In this document: piece by piece, positions 1-13,971 of the stretch | How positions within the stretch are numbered: the first letter of the stretch is position 1 | Layout of the letters: the number at the start of each line of letters is the position of its first letter | NCBI RefSeq assembly: GCF_964355755.1 | Contig: NC_092673.1 | Coordinates: 15,782,948 to 15,846,947 of the forward strand | DNA from: Antedon mediterranea | Lineage: Eukaryota; Animalia; Echinodermata | Direction of reading: 5' to 3' | DNA: 64,000 nt | Program-made: the position numbers and the translations under genes | Notes under the pieces: model-generated | What the model saw: the letters and a program-made list of their open reading frames with translations, nothing else | What the model was told of the DNA's origin: nothing | Databases searched by the model: none

Positions 1-460
1 AACATAAATAGTATTGCAATGCTGTACAATACTGTTAAGGTATTAACCACTTTTGATCGCAATTTGAATCGCAAATTTCTTACTGTGAGTGTTGGTACTG
101 TTAGATGTAATATAAAAATATATACAAATAAACTTTATTACTGTGAGTGTGGGTAGGCCCTACTGTTAGATTATAAACATATAATATACAAATAAACATT
201 CCAAATTATTTGGTTTAACCATAGAGGTATAGATTTAGATTTATGGGCCCCCTTGGAGAATAAACATAAATAGTATTGCAATGCTGTACAATACTGTTAA
301 GGTATTAACCACTTTTGATCGCAATTTGAATCGCAAATTTCTTACTGTGAGTGTTGGTACTGTTAGATGTAATATAAAAATATATACAAATACACTTTAT
401 TACTGTGAGTGTGGGTAGGCCCTACTGTTAGATTTTAAACATATAATATACAAATAAATA
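1..460. repeat. Tandem duplication, period 262 bp (truncated by window start), probably internal to a Helitron-like element
   Basis: 1-~198 is repeated almost exactly at 263-~460. Confidence 0.85.
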
Positions 461-986
461 AACGTTATTACTGACAGTTGCTTCTCAACGTTTGTATTAA
501 TTAATAATTAAAAAATATATAAACGTCGTAGTGGTGTATCGTTACATGTACTTTACTATTTCAATCGACTATGACAGTGAGAGTTTTAACAAAGTACCGT
601 ATTAAATCGTAAATATTTTACTGTATTTAGTGGTATATTATTTATAGGCTTATAACACATTAAAAACAATATTTCGTTACTGAGTGGATAAGAATATATT
701 TTAAAATGTTTCCTCTTTGTACCTATCTTCTTCCCCCATCCCTCAACCCTTAATGTTACATACAAAACACAAATTGGGTTTGTTTAAATGAGTCCAAATA
801 AAAAATGTTGACTCATTTTGTTTCTCTCTCGGAAGTAATTCCCAGGGTGCTAATTTTGGTTGACTACATAAATCATTGTGTATATTTATTCGTTTCTGTA
901 AACGACAATGTATTATAGTCCTGCGGTACGTACATTTTTTTCTCGCTGGAAATACTGTGTATTCGAGAACCATCTGTGGGCACGAC

Positions 987-1023
987 CTAGATGGTACGCG
1001 AGCGAAGCGAGCGTGCCATCTAG
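987..1023 (+). mobile_element. Helitron/Helentron-like 3' terminus (hairpin ending CTAG|T)
   Basis: CTAGATGGTACGC-gagcgaagcga-GCGTGCCATCTAG forms a 13-bp stem with one G-T pair, ends in CTAG and is followed by T. Confidence 0.5.
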
Positions 1024-2729
1024 TTATTAAAATGTTTTATAGGTCATATTTAAGGTGAAGTACCTGTTAGCTAGGGTTAATGTAATGATCATGTATCTAA
1101 ATAATTAACCCAATCAAACATCTGTAATAAAAATTAAATGGTAATCCTAGATTATGAAGATAAATTCCAACCTTTAGTACATGAAAACATGCTCATATGT
1201 AACATCTTAATTGAACTGTTTCTTACATGATATTAGATCCACTAGAAAAATCCTCCTTTCAATAATTTGTGAATTGCCATGGACATTCGGTTACTGAACC
1301 AAGTGAGTATTGAACTTACGTATAATATGTACGCATACTGTACAAGTAACGGTTCTGAAATTGCCGAATGCATACGTTGTAATAATTTTATGACGTTTTT
1401 TATTTCCTCTTTATACTGAGTGACCTTCACTTACAAGACTGTTCTCCCAGAGGGCACACCAGGAGATGATCCCTACTTTTTTTGAATAATGTGCCAAAGT
1501 TGCAATGTATGTACATGGGACGAACTGCTTTACATCCCATCTAAAGGACGAGACAATGAAATTAATGTATACTAGCAGGTATTGAACCCAGACCTCTCGC
1601 ATGCTGTCCGATTTCCCTTGCCATTTATGCCGTACCACTCCTTTTTGTCATCAAAGCATAATTATGGTTTTCAACAAAGCATTGACATGCACATTAGCAT
1701 TGTTAGTGAACTTTCGATCTGCAACGAGTGATGATCAAGTTCGGTTAATTTATTGTGCACATGTGGGGAAGTTGGGAAATCCTTCCTTACTCTTTGACAC
1801 AGTGTTGTTAGTTTCTAGGCCCATAAGATGACTGAAGACACATTATGCATAGGTTCTAGGTCGTTGATCATCTCAAATTGAAAGCATTCTATTATTATAA
1901 GCTTAACACCTTAGATTATGACGCACCAAGTTAATCTTTCTACCCCATGAGGTTGAAGATGTTTTGAAACTAGATGAAGGTATAATCAACTGGCGGTAAC
2001 GAGTTATCGTCCTTTGTTTTCTTATTCACATCTTATTAATTATTGTTAATAAAGCTGGGATTTAAAACTAATGTTCAATTTGATGAAATCATCTCCACAC
2101 CCTCCGGGATACTGTCTTTGTTTACAAAATCTGTAATGATAGAGTATTCTTATGGATTTTATATATTTATTCATTCCTTTGATTAAAACTTCATTGTCTA
2201 ATCAATAACAATACAGTACATCCAATTTGCAGGTTTCAATATTTGCTAAATTTAGTCTAATGCAATTGGTGAGGTTTTAAACTTAGATTTAAGTAACTAT
2301 AACTAGAAAAAGTTTAGTTTGAACTAAAAACAATCATTTACCTCAGAATTACCATCGTGGCAAACATTATTTAGAGTATAAACAACTTAATTAATTACTT
2401 CACTTAGTTTACTGCATAAATGAACTACAATATCTATAATCATCTCATCACACATACAGCACATCAAATATTAACAGTAAGTATAGATTCTTTTGCACTA
2501 TTCAACTTGGAGATAAGACAAGAAATATCTCATAAGCTATTTAGTAGTGTAATTTATCATGTTAATTCACTTTAAGTCTAACATATTGTAAAATTTAAAA
2601 TAGGAGATTGTCGGTGTCATTTGCATGCCTCCTTATTAATTCTACATTTTACATAGTGTAGAAGAAACACTTTTTTCAGAGCTATACAACATGTTTCTGA
2701 TTTGTGATGAGTTTATGGAAGTTTGTTCA

Positions 2730-3335
2730 ATGAGGAGTTGCCAGCTTAGTGAGATGTTGTATGCTGAGAGTTTGCCAGCTTAGTGACATGTTGTATGGTC
2801 CATGAGCAGTTGCCAGCTTTGTGAGATGTTGTATGCTGAGAGTTTGCCAGCTTAGTGAGATGTTGTATGGTCCATGAGCAGTTGCCAGCTTTGTGAGATG
2901 TTGTATGCTGAGAGTTTGCCAGCTTAGTGACATGTTGTATGGTCCATGAGCAGTTGCCAGCTTTAGTGACATGTTGTATGGTCCATGAGCAGTTGCCAGC
3001 TTTGTGAGATGTTGTATGCTGAGAGTTTGCCAGCTTAGTGACATGTTGTATGGTCCATGAGCAGTTACCAATTTTGGGAGATGTTGTATGCTGAGAGTTT
3101 TTCATCTTCGTGAGAGGTTGTATTATCCATGAGAGGTTGGCTGCTTTGTGTGATGTTGTATGCTGAGATTTTGTCATCTTCGTGAGAGGTTGTATTATCC
3201 ATGAGAGGTTGGCTGCTTTGTGTGAGGTTGTATTATCCATGAGAGTTTGCCTGCTTTGTGAGAGCTTGTATTGTATTATCCATGAGAGTTTGCCAGCTTT
3301 GTGAGAGCTTGTATATTTGTGAGACCTTGTATGGT
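2730..3335. repeat. Dimeric minisatellite, 72-bp unit (34+38 bp subunits)
   Basis: Alternating ccagctt(a/t)gtgagatgttgtatgctgagagtttg and ccagcttagtgacatgttgtatggtccatgagcagttg; explains the 24-aa periodicity of ORFs 2727-3071 and 2746-3354. Confidence 0.9.
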
Positions 3336-4311
3336 TCATGATAAGCTGTTTCAAAAAGAAATATTACATTGTTGTTTCCTTTTTAATGAACTGAGTGTTT
3401 TCAACAAACTCTGCAATATGCCTAATTTGTTTTTCAATGCATGTTCATTCCTTTGATATTTCTTGTTCTTTAGCAAATTGATGTGGAATACATTATAGCT
3501 ATTCTTGACTACAAAAATATCTGATTTCTGCGAATAAATATCAGTTGATTGTAATTTATAGATAGTGTTAATCAAAATGATTGTCTATAGCATTTTGTTT
3601 CTTTCAGTTAAATGTCAATCTTCTACTAGATTAAAAGAGGATGTATCTATTGAAACCTGACACCCGTAACTTTAAGACAATGTTTAAACTATAGTAAATC
3701 TTTTGAAATGTCAGTGTTTGTTTAACTTTAAATCTAAGTTTAGGTTTTTAAACCGTTTTAAATTAAACGTGAACGTTCGCTTTGAGTTACAAACCCATAT
3801 GCTGATTAAATTTAATTTATAAATTCTGTATATCTGAACAGTAATTAATTAGCAAACCATTATTAGTCACTATATTTAGTTAGTAGTCGGTAAGTTGAAA
3901 GCTACCGATCTCTTTGTTTCTTTCGATTTGTTTGTATGACTGATTACATCTTAATTTCACATTAGTAATAAAATGGTAATATTTAAGGATACAACTGGCT
4001 CATAGACTTCAAATTTGATCGGCCACTAATCCTTTAACCCATAATATTCATAAGCGGTGAGAAGTTGGACGCATGGCCACCTAAGTTTGATCCACTCATT
4101 GCACAGTGTTTAGCACATAATATTCATAAGCGGTGAGAAGTGGGATACATGACCACCGAATTTTGCCAAAAATTCAATTTGCTCATAAACAAACATTGTC
4201 TAACAGTTAAAACACAATTAAAGGCCTGCACAAACCACATACTACTGTATTTTAGAAATAGTTGCAAGAGAAAGTAAAAATTAAATGTTTTTGTGGTTTT
4301 TTTTTTTTCAG

Positions 4312-4433
4312 ATTTGGTATATAGTGTTTATCTAATAGACAATTATCATGGAAATCCATACCATAATTGGACAACATTTGGAAAACCTGTGTTTCCATCT
4401 TTTGAACAACTTGAAACAATGAGAAATAATCAG
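4312..4433 (+). CDS. IDUA: Alpha-L-iduronidase, internal coding exon (122 bp)
   Basis: ttttttcag|...cag|gtaata; encodes (D)LVYSVYLIDNYHGNPYHNWTTFGKPVFPSFEQLETMRNNQ, matching the remembered human IDUA segment GLVYVTRYLDN...WRRLGRPVFPTAEQFRRMR. Upstream exons were not found in the window. Confidence 0.9.
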
Positions 4434-5382
4434 GTAATAATAATAAAACCAATGCTCAAGATGAGTGCCTGATTCATAGAATCATATTCAAACTTCAAAT
4501 TAATTGAAAAGTAAAATGTGTCCTGGTTTGTATCTCATTATGGAGATGACTGGACTATGTTGAATTATGTCATTTTGACCAAATTGAAAGAATAAATGAG
4601 TAAAGTTGTGAGAAAGCAATGAAGATGCTTTATTGTCTTTCATTCCAAAAAAAAAATATCCCCTTGAAGTATGATCAAATGTATTTAAACTGCTCCTTTG
4701 TTATAGTGTACTTCTAAAATAAATTTATATAACAAATTATTCTTAATGGTGACCTTAAAATCACCCCAATGATTGAGTGAATTCAACATTTTGTTTGCGT
4801 ACACAACAAATGTAGACTTACAGAGGAGGTGTTATTACTAGCATCTTGATGTTACCCAAGAGTATTACTTACGTCAAGACAAAAATTAATAAAGTCCTAT
4901 TCATGTAAACCATAATGCGCTGACCAGACTTCACACCTCATTAACAAATGTACATAAATGTTGCAGGCTTGGTTACCATTGAATATCATCATGATGTAAT
5001 TAATGTGATTACGACATCTTATTAAAGGTGTTACTATTTTATATCTTTATTGCTTTTTCCTTGTGTAAATTTGTCTTATTTCTTACCTCATATTATGGTT
5101 ATTTTATACACAAAAAATTAATACTTGTTTCCCTTCTGATATTAAAGAATATTGGTTGTATTATTATTACTTAATAAAGTAATTGATTGGTCCCTAAAAG
5201 CAATGCTTATAAGGATGGAATATACCTACATGGATGCAATAAGCATTTTTAAAAACCAAGAATGTATTTGTTATGAAGAGGCAAGTAAAAATAAAAGATG
5301 TTAATTAACCATGACATGAATATTTAAGTTACAAATTTACATTCGCTTTTATTTATCAAATGTTATTTTCTCACATTCATAG

Positions 5383-5508
5383 GAACCGGTCAGAATTGAA
5401 GGGCCAAAATTAGTTAAATCTAATCAAGCCATTTACAACTTTGTTCTCCAAAAACCAGGTGTTCTTTTACTTCATATGTGCAATAAAACAACGTCATCTC
5501 CTGACCAG
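5383..5508 (+). CDS. IDUA: Alpha-L-iduronidase, internal coding exon (126 bp)
   Basis: cattcatag|GAA...CAG|gtaaat; EPVRIEGPKLVKSNQAIYNFVLQKPGVLLLHMCNKTTSSPDQ resembles human ...[21 protein letters not shown]; phase 0/0 fits both neighbouring exons. Confidence 0.9.
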
Positions 5509-5569
5509 GTAAATAATAAAAGTAAGGTCTCTTGCTACTCTATCAAGAACCTTCCTCTCTTTGAAACAA

Positions 5570-6670
5570 GTATTCTGCTTCTCCAAAAGTTTTGCCTCTC
5601 CAAAGTTTTTTCTTATCCAATGGTACAGCTTCTCCAATGATTCTTTTTCTCCAATGGTTCTGTGTTTTTAATGGTTCTGCTTCTACAATAGTTTTGCTTC
5701 TTCAAAAGTTCTGCTTCTTCGAAAGTTCTGCTTCTCCAATAGTTCTGCTTCTCCGATAGTTTTGCTTCTTCAATGGTTTTGCTTCTCCAATGGTTTAGCT
5801 TCTCCGAAAGTTCTGTTTCTCCTAAAGTTCTGCTTCTCCAATAGTTCTATTTCTCCAATGGTTCTGTTTCACCAATCAGTCTGCTTCTCCAATAGTTTTG
5901 CTTCTCCAATGGTTCTGCTTCTCCAATGTTTCTGCTTCTCCAGTGGTTCTGTTTCTCCAATGGTTCTGTTTCAAGAAATGGTTCTGCTTCTTCAATATTA
6001 CTGCTTCTCCAATAGTTTAGCTTCTCCAAAAGTTCTGCTTCTCCAATAGTTCTGTTTCTCCAATGGTTCTGTTTTACCAATCAGTCTGCTTCTCCAATAG
6101 GTCTGCTTCTCCAATGGTTCTGCTTCTCCAGTGGTTCTGTTTCTCCAATGGTTCTGTTTCAAGAAATGGTTCTGCTTCTCCAATATTACTGCTTCTCCAA
6201 TAGTTTTGCTTCTCCAATAATTCTGCTTCTCCAATAGGTCTGCTTCTCCAATAGTTCTGTTTCTTCAATAGTTCTGTTTCACCAATCAGTCTGCTTCTCC
6301 AATAGTTATGTTTCTCCAATAGTTCTGTTTCACCAATCAGTCTGCTTCTCCAATATTTCTGCTTCTCCAATAGTTCTGTTTCTCTGAAGGTTCTGTTTCT
6401 CCAATATTACTACCTCTCCAATAGTTTAGCTTCTCCAATGTTTCTGTGTCTCCAATGGTTCTGTTTCTTTAAAAGTTCTGTTTTCTCCAATGGTTATGTT
6501 TCTTCAAAAGTTCTGTTTTCTCCAATGGTTATGTTTCTTCAAAAGTTCTGTTTTCTCCAATGGTTATGTTTTTTTAAAACATCTGTTTTCTCCAATGGTT
6601 TTGTGTCTCCAATGGTTATGTTCTGCTTATCCAATGATCCTGCTTCTCCAATTGTTCTGCTTCTCCATTT
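5570..6670. repeat. 17-bp minisatellite (agttctgcttctccaat)n, degenerate
   Basis: About 60+ diverged units; source of the repetitive ORFs at 5762-6702. Confidence 0.9.
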
Positions 6671-8401
6671 CAAGCTATCTTCGCTTCTTAAGCCCTAGTT
6701 AAAAGAATGTTATGATACTTTTATAGATATGAATAATGTTAATTTTTTCTGCAACACGTTTATATTTTATTCCACAATATTTTACACAATTAAAAAAGTA
6801 CTTCTCATTCTGTATATTATTTTCACCCTTTTGGTTTGAAATACAATTAAAAATAGATCAACAACAAAATTAAACACTCGTTTGGCTACTTTATTCTTCT
6901 AAGTGTCGGACAATAGCTTCTATAGATGTAGATTAGGTGAGGTAAGTGTATCATTATCTGTAACAATTACACATGGAAGTGGAGCAGAGATAAATAATGT
7001 GTAAATAAGAGTAGTTGTGCCTTCAGGGCCAAGTGCACTTGCCATAATAACAATTTATAGACTTGCTTACTTTGACATATTGCGAACAAGCGGTTGGATA
7101 CGTTAGAAAAGCTACCGTACTGTACAACTTTGATCTTCATTGTATAAGATAGGATAACAAATGCTTGTTCTCTTTAATTTAACACACTCAAGTATTTTAT
7201 TGAATACCATCATAAGTTCCTTTCTTTTTCTCTATTTTTTATTCTATGCTTTGAATTTTATTTTTATGGATTATTTTTTACTTTCTATATCAATTATTCT
7301 AATGAATGTTTACAATTGCCATTTTGCTGTTGTAAGGTAAATATTGACATGCATGTAGTAAACTATGAAATGATTTAAACTTAATGTTTATAATTAATGT
7401 TTTATGCCCACTTAGGATATTAAGATGGTTTACTAATTCATCATTTTAGTTTCTGAAATTTCATATTATTTTTAAATTATTTTAATTTGAAATCTAGTCA
7501 TGGCTACATCTTTCCAACTATAAATTCATTCTTTTGTCGTGCATGACGTTATCCCATCCGAAGGACGAGGAAATATAAATTATCTTCCCTAAGGACATGC
7601 TTACATATACGCAGGTCTCAATTAATGTCTGCCTTTCATTCATTTATTCATTCATTTATTCGGTCATAATCAACATACAATACATGTTTACATAACAATG
7701 TTACAATACAGAAAGTTAAAACTTGAGACTCACAATTAAAAGGAGGAAAAAATGTTATAAACAATCTAAAACAATGCAAATGTCTAAAATGATGGTTAAA
7801 AATGGTTTTAAAAAGGTTTAAAAATAGCATAAAAAACAGCATTAAAACAGAAAACCGTTCAGAACCATAGTTAAAAAGTCATTAATGTTATTCTGTATAT
7901 AGCGCCATCTATCTCTCAACAAAATTATAATGTGAAATTAAAATGATTTAGTAGCTTATTTATAATTAAAATATGAACAACTGAAAACATTCACCTTCAT
8001 GTTCAACTACACAAGAATAACATTATAATTACTTGTAACATTTAATGATATATTATATACAGTATACCCAATCTAATGGCATAATTAATCTTTATTAGAC
8101 AATATCCTGTGGGCTAAACTCATAAATTATATTGTTTAAATTTATAAGTTAATCCTACTATGATAAGCCTTCAAAATCCCTTCCAAATCCTTACTAATTC
8201 CCTAAATCAATTTTTACCAAATGATATATAGACTTTAAAAAACATAGAAAAAAATATCTTATGTTAAGTCTTATAGGAATCTTTTAATCCATAGAGGATG
8301 AATATATGTCATAAATAACAATGTCATTGTCAAGTTGAGTAGATTTAATTAATGAAATAAATCTAATAATATAATTTAGATGTAAATGTAATCATTGTAG
8401 T

Positions 8402-8575
8402 AGAGCTGTAGCTTGGTGGTTAACATGTTTGCCTTCCAATCCCAAGGTCCAGGCTTCAATCCTGACCTAGTGTCAGGGGTGTAACTCACGACTCTTTCAA
8501 CTCCACTTCCAAAGCCTCAAATGAGACTTTGTTTATAAGTATGATAAATTGGTTGTAAGTTGGATGGATGCGTAT
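8402..8575 (+). mobile_element. tRNA-derived SINE, degenerate
   Basis: A-box-like TAGCTTGGTGG and B-box-like GGCTTCAATCC at tRNA-like spacing, followed by a non-tRNA body. Confidence 0.5.
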
Positions 8576-9304
8576 GAAAGGAAAAAAGTGGAAAAAATAC
8601 CATAGAATATAACAATATATGATAATACAAGTAAAATTAGAATGTGAAAATTTAAAGTGAAAACATTAAAATAATGTTTTATTTATATGGTTTATATGAT
8701 TATAAATTCAACTTACAAGCTTTGTTGTTAAATTTCCCATTATTTAAAACCAATTTTTCACAAATTAATAAATTACATTTACATCAGAATTCGTATGTGT
8801 TGCAGTATGTTATTACAGATAGATTAACAGTTTCAGCAACATCAATTTGTAGCAATTTGCCTGACCAATCAGAATCTTTCTATCCGTTTTACAAATTGAT
8901 ACAGTTTTTTTATATACATATTTTGCTTTTTTTTATATAACTCATGTCTACGAATAAGCAACAACTAATTATAAAAAATGGGAATTTTTTGTGAATTTCT
9001 CTTTTTATGTGGCAATAACTTTAATTTATACAGCACACTTTATACTGTTTATGTTATTATGTACATACCAGTTATTATGACAACCTGTAAAGTTAAATCT
9101 ACTGTAGTAACAGTACTATTGTATTGAAACATTTATCAAATCTTATTAGGAAGATGACTTTAAAGTTGTTTTCAGTGACTTAGAACAAGAACAAAAAAGT
9201 TGAGTTCCACTTGCACTTGCAGCTACATGTATAAATTCAAACAATATAATTTGAGTAGTTTACACTTTTTTTAAATTTTTCAAGTATTATTAAAATATAG
9301 ATTT

Positions 9305-9505
9305 AATAATAATATGCCGGTCTTACATAGTGCTTAATGCACAAAGCCTCTAAAGCGCTCCACATTTTACTACCCCAGTAATGTTTTGGATCAAACACGT
9401 CTGGAAACATACTCCTATAATGTTTCAGCTAGTAATCAGCGCAGTTGTGTTTTTACCTATACCAGGTACCCATTTGTACACCTGGATAGAGAGAGGCAAA
9501 TGCTA
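9305..9505 (-). mobile_element. SINE 3' fragment with CORE-like domain
   Basis: ccaggtacccatttgtacacctggatagagagaggca is the reverse complement of a CORE-type motif; (taa)n tail at the left end. Confidence 0.5.
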
Positions 9506-10024
9506 CAACATGCATGTTAAAGAACGCAGTACATTCTTCGAAAAGTAGTAGTTCTATTTTCCTTTGTCATAGGCAGATGGTTTTGTCTGTATGATTTTCA
9601 ATTTCCTTGATGATCCATGTGGATTTTGGTTGTCCTCTTGGTCTTCTTACCTTTCTGTTTAATTCATTTCACAGGAGCCTCTTTGGGGAGGTATACATAC
9701 CATTGTAATCTTACTTTTTTTATATTGTATAGTATAGCTCCAGTCTGTTTGATATATAGCTTGATATAAGTCCATGTTTTTTATTTTGTCAATCCATTTA
9801 ATGTGTATAACATGTTGCTTATGATTGTTACCTACTAATCAATTCTGTTAGACATTGCATTATCCTATAATGATATTTTCAAAAGTATAACGTTTTGAAT
9901 TAGTATATAATATTGATGCAGATGTGAACACACTATAACAACCATTTTAAATGTAGGCCTACAGTCGACATCATTTAGTGTTCTGCCTTTTTATCAGTCA
10001 GCTTATCTCTCATATTGCTTTTCT

Positions 10025-10170
10025 AAAGATCTGTCTTCACTATCAAAACTAGTTTGACAAGAAAAGTGTGTGATGTGTCCAAATAGGGTAGTGATATGCC
10101 CAAATGTAGTAGTGATATAACATTATCATGTCTATACTGTATGGTCACATCACATTGTTTTATCACATAA
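10025..10170. mobile_element. MITE family A copy (inverted relative to the others, one end degraded)
   Basis: Shares ctgtcttcactatcaaaactagtttgac...gtagtgatat...cacatcacatt with copies at 31225, 34274 and 58506. Confidence 0.65.
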
Positions 10171-10459
10171 TAAGTCTACTCTTTTCTTGTTTTCAATTAT
10201 CAAAAATCATATTTAGTCTTTCATTCTCATTCACAATTTCCTCTTTCATCCATTCCATCTTCTCCTTCGATTAATTTTCATTGTTTAACTAAGTTTGTTT
10301 ATTTTGATTTGCTTTCACTCTATTTTTTTGTAATACTAATTAAATCATGTTGATCCAAAATTTTGTTTTCGAAGATATTTATTCTGTTATGAACTTAAAG
10401 TAGTCAATCCTTGGAGCAGATAGGTTTAAATGATGTACTAACCAAATGCTATCATTTAG

Positions 10460-10643
10460 GTAACTGGTCTTAGAGCCTTGGTCATTGGTCCAGATGATGT
10501 TCTGCTGGTATGGAAAGATTCTTGTGTTCATTCCCGATGTTTAAAGACATATCAAGTTGAGAAGTCTGATTCCTCGGAAGGACCCTTTATGCAAGTTAAC
10601 CAGTTTGATTTGATCTTCACAACTTTTGTCTTTTCAAAAAAAG
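10460..10643 (+). CDS. IDUA: Alpha-L-iduronidase, penultimate coding exon (FnIII-like C-terminal domain)
   Basis: catttag|GTA...AAG|gtaaat; VTGLRALVIGPDDVLLVWKDSCVHSRCLKTYQVEKSDSSEGPFMQVNQFDLIFTTFVFSKK resembles human [33 protein letters not shown]...FNLFVFSP. Confidence 0.92.
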
Positions 10644-13600
10644 GTAAATTCAGTTGTTTTGTTTTTTTCAGTCTAAACACAATACTACTCATATCATTTG
10701 TCCACAAATATATTTTATTAATATTTATTACTGTTAAGTGTTACATTTTTTTTTATTTGATGTTTCCTTACTCATAATTGGTATAAATGTGCAAACATTT
10801 TCAAAAAACTGTTGAATGAAAGTAGAAATCATAGCAAACATGTATATTACATTTGAAATGATGTCATGGCTAAACAACATTCAGCAATTGTCAAATTATT
10901 ATTATTATTATTGGACTTAGAAAATGAAAATAGATTGCAAGGATATATATATCAGTTATTATTCACCTTAATAAAAGTTTCCTTGATATCTTTACTTTTC
11001 ATTGAATTATTTTAAACATTGTTTTACTGCATTTTGAGTAATACACTTTTCACATCTGCAAAACTAAACAAGTTGTAACCAGGTTTGCATAGTGTGAATA
11101 CAATTTGGTGGAAAATCACACTGATGATTCAGATTCATACTTTATTCTTATCCATTTCTTGAAATTCCATTGCTTGCATTAAAAATTACATGCCTATTTT
11201 TGTTCAGAGATGTTCCGAGTCCTTACTGCGCACGTGTATTGCCCAGGTATCAAACTGACCAAGCATAGTAATCAAATAGCGCACAACTACAAGATTTCTC
11301 AGGTGTATGAAAATGTGTAATAAATCAGGAAATCAAACCTGGTTACCTCAAGTTGTTAAAAGTTAACATGTGAAAACACTACCCAGAACGTAAAAACATG
11401 AGATAGAGCTTCTGTACCTCACAACATTTTCCAGTCAAATCTTGTTTTCGGCCAACCTCTACTACTATACAAAGAAATTATATGAAGGAAAAATATAGAA
11501 TATATATATAGAATAATGTAAGCTTAATTTCTTATCCATCCTGTAATTAGTGAGTTGCTCGCTGCTGGATGAGCATGCAATAATAACAAAAATTAGTAAA
11601 TAAAATTGTATAGCTGTCATTTTACTGTTAATTAAAGTAAAGATGAGTATATTCATTCTAAACATAATATGAGTTGTTTGAAGTGTCTTAACCACCCTCT
11701 TAATACTCCAATAACATAGTACTGTATATAAATACCAACTTAAACAACAAGTTTCTTGTCTGCATTTGCATCCTTTTTCAATGCTGCTTCTTAGTTTTTG
11801 GTACTTTTTTCAATTTTTTGGAAAAACATTCTAAAAATAAAACACAAAATAATTGTTTCATAGTATAACAATATTAATTAGAAAGCCACTCCGAGAGTGC
11901 ATACCTCCGCCTACTGTAAAATTCTCCTACATAAGATTTCTCCGGTAAAAAAAAAATATATATATATTTGTGTGTGTCTTAATGCTGTTTGTGATTGAGG
12001 CTAATTTCACTACAAGCATGTGTATGCGAGTTTGGTGTAATGGTTATGTAACAAGCCTTTCAATTAACAATAGCTTCAATTGACTAACAATAGAACAGCA
12101 ACCCGAAAATCAAACGAGTGAATTTGAAAAGAAATAGGTTTTTTAAACTACTCGCATCAAAAAACGTGCACATTAAATCAAATTATGTTTTAAAATTACA
12201 AATCACAAATTATAACTCTTAATTGCCTCTTGTACAAAAATGAAGTTTTTTGGACAAGTAGTTCTCGAGAAAATGCAATTTCAGTTTACTTGTTACTTTA
12301 AGACTGCTCGCCGGCTTTTGAAAAATTCTGTCCTATCTTTTAACACTAGCAGGTCTGAAAAGTATACTCAAAAAGTGGTCCAGAATTGGGACCATGGTCC
12401 CAAATGGTCCCAAAATTTAATGGAATGGTCCTTGACCACATATCTATCTGTATATTCATTTTGGTAAAGATCTTGTAATTGCTTTTTGAGTAATCCTGCT
12501 AACAAACAAATGAAAGCACTCAGAAACTGAGTGAAGTACTTGGCAAAATATATCCACTGACTGGGAGCATGTTGAAAGATACAATTTTTGCTTTAGGTAT
12601 TATCTTTACATGGTTAAAATACTGATAAGGTTAATAATTTGTTTAAATAATTTTTAATGCAAACAATTCCGGCATTGCAACAATGACCTTTCTAAAATCA
12701 AGTTTGACCAGAATAATGGTCGAGGAGTGTCTTGAAACTGTACAGATTTGCGGCGCCTCTGCCTTAACCCATGTAGTAATATATCAATTTACCTGAAAAT
12801 CAATAGGCATGTTCTGTAAGTATATACCTGATGAAATAAGGAAGGACACACGCTGGTTCTAACAAAACTACTTATCAACTTACAATAGTTTAATTTGAAT
12901 AACAATAGAACAGCAACGCCAAAAACAAACGGGTGAATTTGAAAAGAAATAGGTTTTTTTAAACTACTCGTATAAAAAAGCTGGTACACTGAATCACATT
13001 AGGCGCAGGAGCCCCGGATAGCGTTACGAAGTCGTTAACTCTGTCAGCCCATGGTCAACCCAACTAATGTGTTTTTCCCAAGGACAACTTATCAATAACT
13101 AAACTTTGTCACCACCCATAAGTGTGCTGTTCATTTCCTATTGACCAATGAACACCAATGTAACTGGACCTGAGTTTCTTGCTATTCGACCTTGGGTGCA
13201 AATTATACAATTAATTGATGTTAAGGCCACTGACTACTCTTTTCTGTATAGAAACACTGAATTGACTGAATAATAAGAAAACCCTACAATAATTTCTACT
13301 ACTACTTGATATGGTGTTATACAAGAACTATATTAAAAGAATTGAATGTATGGAGAATGAAAAGTTAAACGTTATAACTTATGTAAAACATCACTTAGAT
13401 GATATCTATCAGATATATCATTTTCTAAAAATTGTTTCATTAGTTAGAATAGATCACGGAAAACCAATACCAATACTGATCTGGACTCGGAAATTCAAAA
13501 TGTAGCAGGCAACGTTTCACCAATGAAAACTTTCAAGACAAACAAAGTATCATAATTATCATGATATCCATTTTTATTTAATAACGATAAATGGATATAA

Positions 13601-13799
13601 ATATTTCGTCTTTTTTGTTATTTTGTGATGGAAAATATATTGAGTGAATATTGGCACTGAGCTTAAATGTTCCCCGTCCCCTTAATGTCCGCTTTATAGG
13701 AGTGTTCCCTCAGTAAAGATTTGCTGTTTTTCCCCTTAATAATAAATTATGATGTCCATCTTATCTCAATTTTAATGTGCTACACTCGATAATAGAATA

Positions 13800-13971
13800 C
13801 ACATCTAGCTCGTGTGTACTTTAAAGAACCTAGTACATCTTTCGAGACGAGTGGAGGGTTACCCCGGGTGTATTAGTACATCACAGCCACTGATCACCAA
13901 CTGGGCCCTCTGGGAGACCAGTCTTTGACTGAAGAGGTTACCCAGTATAAATATATATTTCAATTCAATTC
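13800..13971 (+). mobile_element. 5'-truncated SINE (Deu-domain-like) with target duplication
   Basis: aaagaacctagtacatctttcgagacgagtggagggttaccccgggtgt motif, (caatt)n tail, flanking aatagaata repeats; second copy on - at 59540-59660. Confidence 0.55.

Noticed and set aside
5762-6702. Cluster of repetitive ORFs on both strands
   Set aside because: Translations of the 17-bp minisatellite in an IDUA intron.
8402-8475. tRNA gene
   Set aside because: No complete cloverleaf or terminator; better explained as a SINE head.
11465-11695. Signal-peptide-like ORF (MTAIQFYLLIFVIIACSSS) on minus, and a possible 39-bp plus exon at 11208-11246
   Set aside because: No convincing exon chain or homology; AT-rich DNA often gives hydrophobic ORFs; IDUA splices in phase without the extra exon.
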